From Planctomycetota bacterium (lineage in GTDB: Bacteria; Planctomycetota; UBA8108; SXIK01), in NCBI GenBank assembly GCA_965223845.1, contig CBDCXR010000004.1, positions 3,360,001-3,424,000 on the forward strand: a stretch of 64,000 bases of DNA, in the 5' to 3' direction. The notes under the pieces are model-generated. The model was not told where the DNA came from and did no database searches. It saw nothing but the letters and a program-made list of their open reading frames with translations. How positions within the stretch are numbered: position 1 is the stretch's first letter; every line of letters begins with the position of its first letter. Made by a program: the position numbers and the translations under genes. Shown piece after piece: positions 49,441-59,662 of the stretch.

Positions 49441-51966
49441 CTACTCGTAGTGAATCGCCGTCGTCACGGGAATTCGAGCGGCTCGGCGCGCCGGAATAAA
49501 CGCCGCGAGCAGCGAAATCCCGATGGTCAGAGCGAAGCAGCCCAGCAGGAACCAGGGCTGAATGCGAAACGGGAGATCGATCCCGTTCACGACTTCGTTG
49601 GCGAGATTCATCGCGTAGGAAAGAAGAATGCCGATCGCTGCGCCGGGAACGATACTCGTGAGAGCGAGTGCTCCAGCTTGCGTCAGCACCAAGGTGAGAA
49701 CTTGGCGACGCTTCATTCCGACTGCGCGCAGAAGTCCGAGCTCGCGAGTCTGTTCGAGCGTGTTCATCGAAATCGTGTTGACGACCCCCAGTGAGGCAAC
49801 GACGAACGACAGAATGATGAGCCCCCAGAGGAGTCCGGTGATCTCGTCGACGAGCTTATCCACGACCGCCTTGAAGTCGCCGCTCGTCTGAAACAGAAGC
49901 CCTCGTGCCTCACAGAACTCACGAAGAGAAGAGCTCGCCGCCTCCGCCTGCCCCGAGCGCGCGCTCACTCGGAACACGTGGACTCCGCTGAACTGAAGCA
50001 GGCGTTTCGCGGTGTCCCAATCGATGTAGGCGGCGAACCCGGCCGACGTGTACTCGGCGACGATTCCGACCACGGGGATGTCGCGCGGACCGTCTCGAGT
50101 CTCCAGCGAAAGGCGGCTCGACAGGTCGAGTCCCTGGTTTCGTGCGAGCGTAGTTCCGACGACGACGCCACCCGCGCTGAATCCTTCGGCGATCTGCTCC
50201 GGGTCGCCTTCGACGATCTCGATCGGAGGGGGTGAGTCGCGATCGAGACTCGTCGCGATCAGGGTCAGAAATCGATCTCCGCTGCGAGCGGGAACCCAAG
50301 TCACCTTGTCGACGCGACGAATACCGTCCAGCTCTCCGAGCTCGTTTCCCAGGCTCTCGGGCATGGGAGTCGGCAGCACGAGCGAGGTCGTCGGCCACGC
50401 CCCTCGAACAAAGAAATCGTCGCGCGCGATCGCAGCGATGTTCGAGCGAATGTGCTCGATACCTCCGACAAGCGAGGTTCCCATGGCGACTGCAACCGCC
50501 AGCGCGATGAAAAGGACGGAGACGGTGAGGTCGGTCCGCGCCGGATTTCCGTCGAGTTGTCGCAGCGCGAGTCGATTTACCGAGCCGAGGAGTCGGCGGA
50601 TCACAAGCGATACGAGCTTCAGCAGGGCCGGCGCGACGAGGGGAATGAGTAGCACGAATCCGACGAGACCGACGGCGAGGGCCGGACCGAGGATGCGTGG
50701 CAGCCACGCTCGATCGAACCACTCAAGAAGCATGCCGACTTCAGTGAAAAGCGGAAACATGAGCAAGCCGGTCGCGACGGCGAGAGTGGTCGGCTCGAGC
50801 CTTCGCGCGCCGCGCGAGCGTCGCTCGAAGATCCCCGCGAGAATGGTCTCTCGAGCCGCCCGGCGAGCCGGAACGAACGTCGCGAGGACCGACAGACTCG
50901 GTCCGAGAACGAGTCCGGTGATGATCGGCGAAAGTCTGAGCTCGAATCCCGAGCTCCCGGAGCCGAATCCTTCGTTCAGGCTCTGCGCCAATCCGAATGA
51001 AAGCGCGATCCCGAGCGGGACACCGACCGCCGAACCCACGAGACCCACGACGAGCGACTCGCGGACGAGCAGCGCCGAAAGCGCTCGAGGCCTCATGCCG
51101 AGCGCGCGAAAGATCGCCAACTGGCGTCGGCGCTCGCCGACATTCATGAGAAACGTATTGAGGATGATGAACGCCGCCGCGACGAGCGAGACGGCGCTGA
51201 GTGCGCCGAGACTCTGACGAACGCCTTCGAACGACGTCTGCGCCAGCGCGCCGCGCGTCGCCGGCGTGCGAACCGAGTAGCCCGTCGGAAGCTCTCGAGT
51301 CAATCGGGACCTGAGGCCGTCCGAGTCGAGCGGATCCCGTACTCTCAGATGAACGCTGTTGACACGCTCCTCAAGCGCGAAGAGTCGTTGTGCCTCGGCG
51401 AGCGTGGTGAAGGCAACGGCTCCGCCGTTAGCGTTCGCCGCACCCCGACTCTCCAAGATCCCGAGCAAGGGTACGGATTCGAATCCCGAAGTCGTCCAGA
51501 GATTGACGGTGCTGCCGACCGCCGCGCCGCGTCCTCCGAAGTTCTGCGCCGCAAGATTCTCGGGGACGACGATCCCGGGTCGGGAGAGTGTGGGGAGCTG
51601 ACCTCGGACCAGAACGACGGCGGTTTCCAGGCGGTCGTGACCGAGAACGAGGATCGGGACCGGCCCGCGGTCTCCCACGAGCGCCGCAGCGGATTGCACG
51701 ACGGGCCGGGCCTCGACCACTCCTTCCGCATTCGCGATCCGCTCCGCGATGCGGGGATCGAAACCACCGAGTCCTTCCGCGACGACCTCGAGTGCGGCAT
51801 CCCCCGTCGCGTCGGCGAACATCGATCCGAAGGCGGCCCGCGTGTTCTCCAGGCTGGTCGGAACGGCGACGACCGTCGCCACTCCGACCGTGATCCCGAG
51901 AAGCGTGAGCAGGCTGCGGCCGGGTCGCCGCCTCAGCTCCTTCAAACTGAGCGTAGAGAGCTTCAT
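49441..51966 (-). CDS. ABC exporter permease (duplicated MacB/FtsX-like)
   Basis: RSLLTLLGI, ERRRQLAIFRALG, RELGLLRAVG and PARRAAR motifs. Confidence 0.92.
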   Translation of the reverse strand: MKLSTLSLKELRRRPGRSLLTLLGITVGVATVVAVPTSLENTRAAFGSMFADATGDAALEVVAEGLGGFDPRIAERIANAEGVVEARPVVQSAAALVGDRGPVPILVLGHDRLETAVVLVRGQLPTLSRPGIVVPENLAAQNFGGRGAAVGSTVNLWTTSGFESVPLLGILESRGAANANGGAVAFTTLAEAQRLFALEERVNSVHLRVRDPLDSDGLRSRLTRELPTGYSVRTPATRGALAQTSFEGVRQSLGALSAVSLVAAAFIILNTFLMNVGERRRQLAIFRALGMRPRALSALLVRESLVVGLVGSAVGVPLGIALSFGLAQSLNEGFGSGSSGFELRLSPIITGLVLGPSLSVLATFVPARRAARETILAGIFERRSRGARRLEPTTLAVATGLLMFPLFTEVGMLLEWFDRAWLPRILGPALAVGLVGFVLLIPLVAPALLKLVSLVIRRLLGSVNRLALRQLDGNPARTDLTVSVLFIALAVAVAMGTSLVGGIEHIRSNIAAIARDDFFVRGAWPTTSLVLPTPMPESLGNELGELDGIRRVDKVTWVPARSGDRFLTLIATSLDRDSPPPIEIVEGDPEQIAEGFSAGGVVVGTTLARNQGLDLSSRLSLETRDGPRDIPVVGIVAEYTSAGFAAYIDWDTAKRLLQFSGVHVFRVSARSGQAEAASSSLREFCEARGLLFQTSGDFKAVVDKLVDEITGLLWGLIILSFVVASLGVVNTISMNTLEQTRELGLLRAVGMKRRQVLTLVLTQAGALALTSIVPGAAIGILLSYAMNLANEVVNGIDLPFRIQPWFLLGCFALTIGISLLAAFIPARRAARIPVTTAIHYE

Positions 51967-52823
51967 CGCCCGTTCTTCGGATCGGCCTCGGACGGGCCAG
52001 TATCTGCTTCGGCGGAATGGCGTTCGTCCGCCGCTCGATCGAACACTACGCCGAATTCGCTCGCGATGAGATCCGCGGCGCTCTGACGATCGGGAAGCGG
52101 CTGATCATCGACTAAGCGGCCGTCGCGGAGTCGAAGCACCCGATCGGCAGCCGCGGCAACGCGCGAGTCGTGAGTCACCATGACGATCGTTAGTCCCGTC
52201 TCGTCGACTAGCCGTCTCAGGACCCCGACGATCTGGTCGCCGTGCGAGGTGTCGAGATTCCCCGTCGGTTCGTCGGCGAGGAGGATCTTTGGCTCGATGA
52301 CGAGAGCTCTTGCGATCGCGACACGCTGCACCTCGCCACCAGAGAGCTCCGTCGGCGTATGATCGCAGCGCGCACCCAGGTCCATCTCCTCGAGAGCGCG
52401 CCGGGCGCGCGAGTGGGCATCGCTCTCAGAACACCCTGCGATGAGAAGGGGCAACGCCACGTTCTCCTCGGCCGTGAGCATGTCGACCAGATTGAAGCTC
52501 TGAAACACGAATCCGATCGTGTTTCGACGGAGCTCGGTGAGCTCGTGATCTCGCATCGATTCGAGGGGCTCGCCCCCCACTTTGACGTGACCGACCGCGA
52601 TCTCCTCGAGTCCACCGATGAGATGGAGGAGGGTGCTCTTCCCCGAACCCGAGGGTCCCATGACGGCGACGAACTCGCCGGAACGGACCGTCAAGTTGAC
52701 GTCCTGCAGCGCCTCGACCCGATTCGAATCCCGCCCGAAAGACTTCGAAAGCTCACGCACCTCGATCGCGGGCTCGTCGACCGCGAGTCCGCTGAGTTCA
52801 CCGCAGCGCTTCGGATCGCTCAT
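51963..52823 (-). CDS. ABC transporter ATP-binding protein (LolD/MacB-like)
   Basis: GPSGSGKS, LSGGE.QR, ADEPTGNLD and VTHD motifs; ATGA overlaps on both sides. Confidence 0.93.
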   Translation of the reverse strand: MSDPKRCGELSGLAVDEPAIEVRELSKSFGRDSNRVEALQDVNLTVRSGEFVAVMGPSGSGKSTLLHLIGGLEEIAVGHVKVGGEPLESMRDHELTELRRNTIGFVFQSFNLVDMLTAEENVALPLLIAGCSESDAHSRARRALEEMDLGARCDHTPTELSGGEVQRVAIARALVIEPKILLADEPTGNLDTSHGDQIVGVLRRLVDETGLTIVMVTHDSRVAAAADRVLRLRDGRLVDDQPLPDRQSAADLIASEFGVVFDRAADERHSAEADTGPSEADPKNGR

Positions 52824-53380
52824 GATCGACCTCGAAGTCTCTCTTCGCAGTGGTCGAGCCACTTCAGGTTGGCTTCGAGCCGGAGCGCGGAGAGATCGAG
52901 GAGCATCGCCGTCGCTTCGGCGATGCCCTTCGCGGGAACGCCCGTCGGAGAAGTCTCATCCGGTCGCCGGACGCTCGACTTCGCCCCGATGATCTCGTGA
53001 AGACGCGCCATGCAGGCTCGCCGTTCCGACTCGATGACGCGCAGTGGATCCGAACCCTCGAGCCGCCGTGCGATGACGAGCTTGAGAAAGGTCTCGTCGC
53101 GACGATCGATGGCGGTTTCGCTCGGGCGCCCGAGCCAACCTTTGAGCTCCTTCCGGCCGGCCCGCGTGATCTCGTACACCTTCTTGTCGGGCCGGACGTC
53201 CTGCCTCACGAGGGCGTGGGACACCATGCCGTCACGGCCGAGTCGATCGAGGCTCTTGTAGACCTGGCCGACGTTCAGATCCGCGCCGGGGACGAGCTCA
53301 TCTTCGTACGCGGTCTTGAGCTCGTACCCGTGACGCGGACCGTTCGCCAAGAGTCCGAGCATGGCGTGCTTGATCGACAT
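52820..53380 (-). CDS. PadR-family transcriptional regulator
   Basis: HGYELK, GQVY..L.RL, PDKKVYEIT.AG and C-terminal WL..C helix. Confidence 0.92.
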   Translation of the reverse strand: MSIKHAMLGLLANGPRHGYELKTAYEDELVPGADLNVGQVYKSLDRLGRDGMVSHALVRQDVRPDKKVYEITRAGRKELKGWLGRPSETAIDRRDETFLKLVIARRLEGSDPLRVIESERRACMARLHEIIGAKSSVRRPDETSPTGVPAKGIAEATAMLLDLSALRLEANLKWLDHCEERLRGRS

Positions 53381-53498
53381 GGATCGCGCCCAAAGACCTA
53401 CGGATCGAGTCGTACGTACGAGAGACCGGCGACACCGACGAGGATGCGATACGGCCGCGCGCGCGGCCTCCGGGTCGCCCACTTGAATTCTCAGTATT

Positions 53499-53515
53499 TA
53501 GATACAGGGTATCTA
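53499..53515. promoter_or_regulatory. Putative PadR operator
   Basis: Perfect inverted repeat TAGATAC-agg-GTATCTA in an AT-rich stretch upstream of padR. Confidence 0.6.
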
Positions 53516-53879
53516 TCATCCTCACAGAGGTTCCACAAGCGAATTCCGTCGCCGCGACGATCGGATTCGCCCCGCCGCCGGAGGCGGCAGACCTCGCCGG
53601 GAACGTGCGCGCCACGGAGCCCGGGCGACGCTTCGACGCCGCCTGGCGTCGCTCTACGCGGCGGTCTCCGACGGCAGGGGTCCGATCTCAAACGCCTCCA
53701 CTGAACCATCGAGACTCGAACGAAGGATTTCGATGTCGAGCATCCCGTCTCGGACCGTCACGCTCTCCCCGACCACGACCGATCGACCACGCGGGACGCG
53801 GACGGGGCGACTCAGCGTTCGCGCAACCTCGAGGACGAGGTGTACGAGACTGTAGGCGGACCACCCGTTCGAGGTCAGC

Positions 53880-53946
53880 CCCAGCGACCGGCGACAACAG
53901 CTCGCACCATTCGGGTGCGATCTACGTCTTCGACATCGCTCCATAA
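53880..53946 (+). pseudogene. Possible C-terminal remnant of an FG-GAP repeat gene
   Basis: GDNSSHHSGAIYVF...stop resembles the last FG-GAP blade; upstream sequence is not convincingly coding. Confidence 0.3.
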
Positions 53947-54068
53947 GACACGAAAGTGCGAGCGAGCCGAAAGCGCCTGAGAACGACGCCCCGCGACGGA
54001 TCGGTCGAGACTGTCGTGGGGCCCGTCCCTTGTTAACATGACTCGCCGCCGTTCATTGCGAGGAACCC

Positions 54069-54767
54069 ATGCTCACCGTTCGACGAAGCGAAGACCGAGG
54101 CCGAGCGAGTTTCGGCTGGCTCGAAGCCCGTCACACGTTCTCCTTCGGATCGTACGTCGATCCCGACTGGAGTGGCTTTCGAAGCCTTCGCGTGATCAAC
54201 GAGGACCGCATCCAGCCGGGAACGGGCTTCGGGACCCACCCCCACCGCGACATGGAGATTCTCACCTACGTGATCGAGGGAGCGATCGAGCACAAAGACA
54301 GTCTCGGCAGCGGTTCTGTGCTCGTCCCCGGCGAACTCCAGCGAATGACCGCCGGCACTGGGATCTCGCACAGCGAATTCAATCCGTCTCCGGCCGAGCC
54401 GCTGCATCTGCTGCAGATTTGGGTCGAGCCGGAAACGAACTCGCTCGCTCCGAGCTACGATCAACGCGCGTTTCCCCTCGACGAGCAACGCGGCCGGTTC
54501 GTGCTCGTCGCGTCCCGCGACGGCCGTGAAGGCTCTCTCGTCGTTCACCAGGACGCCGCGCTCTTCGCCGGTCGTTTCGACCACGCAAGCTCCGTGCGGA
54601 CGGAGCTCGTCTCCGGGCGCCACGCGTGGATCCAAGTCGTCCGCGGCGAGGTCAGCGCAAACGGAACGTCTCTTCGTGCCGGCGACGGCGCCGCGGTGAG
54701 CGAGGAGCTGTCGATCGACCTCACCGCCGAAAGCGACGCCGAGGTATTGCTCTTCGACCTCGGCTGA
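54069..54767 (+). CDS. Pirin family protein
   Basis: HTFSF, LRVINED, HPHRDMEI, MTAGTGI.HSE and LLQIW motifs. Confidence 0.95.
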   Translation: MLTVRRSEDRGRASFGWLEARHTFSFGSYVDPDWSGFRSLRVINEDRIQPGTGFGTHPHRDMEILTYVIEGAIEHKDSLGSGSVLVPGELQRMTAGTGISHSEFNPSPAEPLHLLQIWVEPETNSLAPSYDQRAFPLDEQRGRFVLVASRDGREGSLVVHQDAALFAGRFDHASSVRTELVSGRHAWIQVVRGEVSANGTSLRAGDGAAVSEELSIDLTAESDAEVLLFDLG

Positions 54768-54775
54768 CGGCGATG

Positions 54776-55534
54776 CTAGGCGTCCGAGGGCGGCGCGACG
54801 ACGTTCTCGTGTTCGGCCATGAACTCTTCGAACGTGAGGTCGCTGTCCGCCGGAATCTCGATCTCGGCGACGTCGACACCGCGCCGCTCGAGGACAAAGA
54901 GCGCCCGCTTTCGGTGCGCTCGTCCCCCCTTCTCGAGATACTCGCGGTAGTACCGGATCACGTCCTCGTCGCTGTCGAGCACGTCGTGAAGCGAGCCCAA
55001 GTAGTAGTAGAAAGAGGCGTTGTTCGGCTCGATGCGAACGCAGGCCTCGAACTGCTCGATCGCCCGTTTCACTTCGTTGAGCTTCCAAAGCGTAAAGCCG
55101 AGCACCGCATGCGGACCCGAATAGCGCTCCTTCGGCATCACGTCGCACGCACGCTCGAGCTCCGCCTTCGCCTTCTCGAGCTCGCCCATGAGTAGGTACA
55201 CGCGACCCAGTTGGAAGTGATACTTCATATCGGTGGGCGCAAGTTCGATCGCCCGGTGAAGCGCTCGTTCCGCTTTGTGGTATTCCGTCTTCTCGAAGTG
55301 AATTCCGGCGATCGAATAGTGAAGGTCGTGGCGCTTCGGATAGAGCTCGGCCTCTTTGACGAGAACTTCGAGGCGCGAGTCCAGGATCGAGTTCTTGGAC
55401 TCCTCGGTGGGCAGCGAGTACCCGTTCTTCTCGAGGGTCGTCGTCCGGCAACCTCCGGCAAAGACGAGAGCGAAGAACGATCCGGCGACGAGGAGACGAC
55501 AGCTACGGCGGGAACGAGCGGCGGGACGGTGCAT
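54776..55534 (-). CDS. TPR-repeat lipoprotein
   Basis: AGGC lipobox; tandem TPR helices. Confidence 0.82.
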   Translation of the reverse strand: MHRPAARSRRSCRLLVAGSFFALVFAGGCRTTTLEKNGYSLPTEESKNSILDSRLEVLVKEAELYPKRHDLHYSIAGIHFEKTEYHKAERALHRAIELAPTDMKYHFQLGRVYLLMGELEKAKAELERACDVMPKERYSGPHAVLGFTLWKLNEVKRAIEQFEACVRIEPNNASFYYYLGSLHDVLDSDEDVIRYYREYLEKGGRAHRKRALFVLERRGVDVAEIEIPADSDLTFEEFMAEHENVVAPPSDA

Positions 55535-55779
55535 GCAAGGATCTCCTGGTCCGGTATCCACCGGGTTCGGTACGGCCGAAAAGAACGATGCGTTCACTTA
55601 CCACTTCGGCCGTACCTCAGTTCGAGTTGACCGGAAACTCGCGGACGAGCGGCACATCGGGATCCGCTCGCGGCGCACGCGACGACCCGCTCGTCGCACG
55701 CCTTCGTCCATCGGTTCGGCGAGCGCGTTCCCGTAACATCCGACTCCACGTGATCGCGCTCGAGTCGACACGGGGGAGG

Positions 55780-56367
55780 CTACTCCGAGAACTCGTCCTC
55801 GAGATCTCGGACTTGCGGGCAGTCGTGAAGAACGTGCTTCACGTCCGTCATCAACACGGCGTACTCGTCGAAGCGATCCGACAGGCGCCTGAAAGTATCG
55901 CGCGCTTCGACGTCGAACAGCCGCGCCGTCTCGGCGGCGCGGCCGTACGCGTTGCTCCCCTCGGCGAGGTAGTAGTCGCTCGGACGCGTGAAGCGGACGA
56001 ACACGCGGCCGACGCGCGAAACGAGAGGCGCCTCGGCGGAATACTTCGCCGCCTGCAGTGCGCCGGGAAAGAAGCTAACCATGAACAGCGTGAAATCGCC
56101 GATGAAGCGATCCACCTCGAGTCGACGCTCGGGCCCCTCGGGCTGCGCCGACGCGTGCAACATCTCCGGGAGCTCCTGGAGCGGCGTGCCCGCGGAATCC
56201 TTGAGACGCTGAAGCGCGTCCATGCGCGTGAATTCGCCGAGGATCCCCTCCGCCAGGTGCTGAGCGACGCCCGGCGAATAGAGCTCCGTTCGCCGCTGGA
56301 ACTCCCGGTGGAGAGCCGCGCGAAACAGAGTGTTCAGCGATTCAGAGTCCGCATTGATTCCGGGCAC
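55780..56367 (-). CDS. Conserved hypothetical protein
   Basis: GAAGGAGG RBS; R.IGDFTLF...FFP...YY...G..AY..A pattern of an uncharacterised family. Confidence 0.75.
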   Translation of the reverse strand: MPGINADSESLNTLFRAALHREFQRRTELYSPGVAQHLAEGILGEFTRMDALQRLKDSAGTPLQELPEMLHASAQPEGPERRLEVDRFIGDFTLFMVSFFPGALQAAKYSAEAPLVSRVGRVFVRFTRPSDYYLAEGSNAYGRAAETARLFDVEARDTFRRLSDRFDEYAVLMTDVKHVLHDCPQVRDLEDEFSE

Positions 56368-56562
56368 GGTGACGCCACCTCCTTCATCGGGACGCAGATG
56401 GGACGGTGCCAGCCTCTACATCAATTCTTCCCCACGGAACCGAGGCGCGCCAGTGATCGAGCGGGCCGAACTTCGTAACTTAATTCTGATAAAGAGCTAA
56501 CAACATCGGGCGACGAGCCCCGATGCGCCGCGGCGAGACGCCGTTCACGCGTCCGGCGTCGA

Positions 56563-58527
56563 TCACCGCACGACCTCGACCGACTCGATCCGATCCCCCG
56601 GCGCAAGATCGTCGACGACGCGCATCCCGAGGACGACGCGACCGATTCGAGAGGCCGCGCGGAGCCGTGGACGCGGGACGAGCGCGATCCAGAGCTCGCC
56701 GGCGGTGGTCACCGGTACGCCCGGCGCGACGAACGGGACGAAGAGGGAGCCGCGCAGGATCGGTTCGTGGACGCGCGCGGCGGGAAGCGGCTCGGCCGCG
56801 AGGGGAAAGTCCGCCGACACCGCGGGCGCGGTGACCTCGATCCCGCTCCGCCAGTCCGCCGAGACGAGCTCGCGCCCTTCGAAGTATCCCGTCTCGGCGA
56901 GAAGAACTAGAGCCGAGGCGTGGAACGGCGCGGCCGCAGCATCGAACTCGACGACGAACTCTCGATCGTCACGGAGGCGAACTACCGCACGGGGATGGCG
57001 GTGCCGATAGTCGAGCCGCCGGCGAAGGAGCGGCACCGGAAACGTGCCGCGGGAAAAGACCGAGGGATCGAGCGACGCGCGTTCTCCGAGCCAATTCGCC
57101 GCCGCGAGACGAACCGGCCAGCTCAGGTCGCTGAGGAGTCCCCTGACGAAAACTCGATGCGCGTCCGAACGCTCGAGTCGAGTGACGGCAATCGCGCGAG
57201 CCTGCCAGTCGTCAACGGTGCCGGAGCGGAGGATGGCGCGCGCGGCTTCCCGCTCGAGCTCCTCTCGCGATCGAGCGGCCGCGTGGAGCGCGTCGGCGCG
57301 CGCCGACGCGTCGGCACGGCGAATGAGCTGGCGTGCTTCGTCTGGCGTCCGCACGCGCGCGGAACGAACCGCGCTCCGGCGAACCGCACCGGCCGGATCG
57401 TCGAACGCCCACGCGAGCGGCTCCTCGAGCGGACCCGCGAGCTCGACCGCCGCGACGCGTTCGTGTGCTCGCGTCGACTCGCGCAGCTCGGCGAACCACT
57501 CGCGCGCGAGGTTCGTCCCGAGCGGCCACGGATCCCGAGCGCCTCCGATTCGGGCGACCAGCCCGCGCACGAGCGAATCGCGGTGGCGATCGCTTCCCTC
57601 GCGCGCCAACTCGTCGAGCGCAGCGGCCTCGGACAGCACTTGTGGCAGCGCGACGGCCGCCGCGCGAGAGAGCGCCGCGGGCGCGTCTTCAGCCCGGATC
57701 ACCGCGGTGAGAACGTCACTCGCGAGCATTCGAATCTGCTCGTCGCCTTCGCTCGCGCGAACCGCCCTCACGAGAGCCTCGATCGCTGCGGCGCGACGCG
57801 CCCAAAACCGCCCCCCCGCGGCGACGGCCGCGACGCGCGCCACGTCGTCCGGCGCTGGCGCGGTCGTCGGCCACGGCGCGATGCCGAACACCGCAACGAG
57901 AAAGTTTCGGTCCGCGAGCGCCGCGAGCGGATCGCCGGCGAGCCCGAGCGCCGCGTACCACCAGCGGACGCGTTCGTCCTCCTCGCGAGTGAAGCGCGCC
58001 CGGCCGTCGGCGGGTCCGCGCCCGAGCTCGAGAGCTCGGCGCAAGGCAGCGCGGCGGACCTCGGCCGCGGCATCGTCGAGGTGCGACGCGAGGTCTTCGA
58101 TCGTTTGCCGCGCCTCCGCGGCCGCCGCTCGGACGACGACGTCCTCGTCCGTGGCCGCCCGGTCGATGGCTCTCCGCGCCGCCGGCTCGGTGCAGTCGCG
58201 CAGCGCGCGAACGATCGCCGCGCGTACGTTCGCATCCGTCTCGCGCACGAGCACGCCACCGATCGCGGTCTGGACGTCGCAGGCGAGCTCGCCGAGCGCT
58301 TGCGCCGCACGGGCGCGCACCGCGGCGCTCGGGTCGTCGAGGTAGGAGACGACATCGGCGCCGCCGATCGCGCCCCACTCGCGGAGCTCGACTTCGCGAA
58401 AGCTCGCCTCCTCCTCGCCGATCGTCGGGCCATCGGGCGTCGTGGGCGACTCGCGGCATGCGGACAGGAGAACGAGGCCGACGAGTCCGATCGTCGACGA
58501 ACGCGTTCGATCACGTCGGGCCATCAC
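56563..58527 (-). CDS. HEAT-repeat lipoprotein with degenerate C-terminal cyclophilin-like domain
   Basis: LSAC lipobox; HEAT repeats; AP.HA..L..LA..GYF.G and IGRVV.GM.VVD.L..GD.I motifs. Confidence 0.75.
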   Translation of the reverse strand: MMARRDRTRSSTIGLVGLVLLSACRESPTTPDGPTIGEEEASFREVELREWGAIGGADVVSYLDDPSAAVRARAAQALGELACDVQTAIGGVLVRETDANVRAAIVRALRDCTEPAARRAIDRAATDEDVVVRAAAAEARQTIEDLASHLDDAAAEVRRAALRRALELGRGPADGRARFTREEDERVRWWYAALGLAGDPLAALADRNFLVAVFGIAPWPTTAPAPDDVARVAAVAAGGRFWARRAAAIEALVRAVRASEGDEQIRMLASDVLTAVIRAEDAPAALSRAAAVALPQVLSEAAALDELAREGSDRHRDSLVRGLVARIGGARDPWPLGTNLAREWFAELRESTRAHERVAAVELAGPLEEPLAWAFDDPAGAVRRSAVRSARVRTPDEARQLIRRADASARADALHAAARSREELEREAARAILRSGTVDDWQARAIAVTRLERSDAHRVFVRGLLSDLSWPVRLAAANWLGERASLDPSVFSRGTFPVPLLRRRLDYRHRHPRAVVRLRDDREFVVEFDAAAAPFHASALVLLAETGYFEGRELVSADWRSGIEVTAPAVSADFPLAAEPLPAARVHEPILRGSLFVPFVAPGVPVTTAGELWIALVPRPRLRAASRIGRVVLGMRVVDDLAPGDRIESVEVVR

Positions 58528-58994
58528 GCTCTCTTCTTCCCGTCCGCGCTCCCCTCACCCCCAACGAGCTTCTCGATCGCGTCCGCCGAGTAAAATCGGC
58601 CGCTACCGACTCCCGGACACTCGGCGCCGACCTCGTTCCACGCGGATTCCGACTGGAGGTTCTCGGGCCAGAACGGATAGGTCCTGCACTGCGCGGGGCG
58701 CGCCGCGTAGACCGTGCAGCCGTGGTCGTAGAACACGCAGTCGAAGTTCGGCTTCTCGACGAGCGAGTAGCGCCGCCCGACCTTTCGCAGATACTTCCTC
58801 CCGAAAGCGTCGAGCTCGAGACCGAGATGGGATGCGAGCGCGCGCACCTCGTCCTCCCCCACCCACACGTAGCCGGGCGCGCCAGTGCAGCAGCGACCGC
58901 ACTGGGTACACTCGAAGTGGAGGCCGCCTCGGTACCAGCGCCGATCGTCCACCGAGTCGTGCGAGCGGGGATCACGGCAATCGGGCTTCGACAT
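58524..58994 (-). CDS. YkgJ-family CxxCxxCC cysteine-cluster protein
   Basis: CTQCGRCC, CVF, C.VY.ARP.QCRTYPFW and CPG motifs. Confidence 0.9.
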   Translation of the reverse strand: MSKPDCRDPRSHDSVDDRRWYRGGLHFECTQCGRCCTGAPGYVWVGEDEVRALASHLGLELDAFGRKYLRKVGRRYSLVEKPNFDCVFYDHGCTVYAARPAQCRTYPFWPENLQSESAWNEVGAECPGVGSGRFYSADAIEKLVGGEGSADGKKRA

Positions 58995-59138
58995 ATCGAC
59001 TCATACGTCCGAGGGGGCGGTTCACGGAGCGAGGCCGCACGTCCTCTCGATATGCCGGAACGCGCGCGCGAATGCAACGAAGCACGGTCCCGGACCAACT
59101 CGTTGACGTTTTCTCGAGCGCTCATAGAATCTCAGGCC

Positions 59139-59606
59139 ATGGCTCCACTGCCGGCGAAAGCACTGGTGAACCGCGGACTCCTGACGGCACTCGCCGCGAT
59201 GGTCTGTGCGTCGGCGAGCGGCTGCCTCACACGGACTCTCCAGGTCCGCTCCACGCCCCCGGGCGCCGCGGTCTACATCGGAGGAGAGGAAGTCGGAGTC
59301 ACTCCGTACGACCACGAGTTCCACACCTACGGCACGCTGGACGTCGAGCTTCGCAAACCGGGCTACCGCGCGGCTCACGTCGAGAAGCGCCTTCCGATTC
59401 CGTGGTACGAGCACTTTCCGCTCGACTTCGTGAGCGAGTTTCTCGTCCCGTGGCCGATTCACGATGAGCACGAGCTCGCGGTCGAACTGGAACGATACCC
59501 CCCCGATCGAGGCGCCGAGCAGACAGTTCTCGATCGCGACGAACGCGCCGCGATCGGAGACCGGATCCGCGCGCTCCGCGAGAGCCTGAGCAGCGACGAC
59601 TCGTAG
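59139..59606 (+). CDS. PEGA-domain lipoprotein
   Basis: ASGC lipobox; STPPGA.VY..G..VG.TP; KPGY. Confidence 0.82.
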   Translation: MAPLPAKALVNRGLLTALAAMVCASASGCLTRTLQVRSTPPGAAVYIGGEEVGVTPYDHEFHTYGTLDVELRKPGYRAAHVEKRLPIPWYEHFPLDFVSEFLVPWPIHDEHELAVELERYPPDRGAEQTVLDRDERAAIGDRIRALRESLSSDDS

Positions 59607-59662
59607 GTCCGGGGATCGCGCGGGTCCGGACGAACGAGCTCTTCTCGAGACTCCGAACCGCC

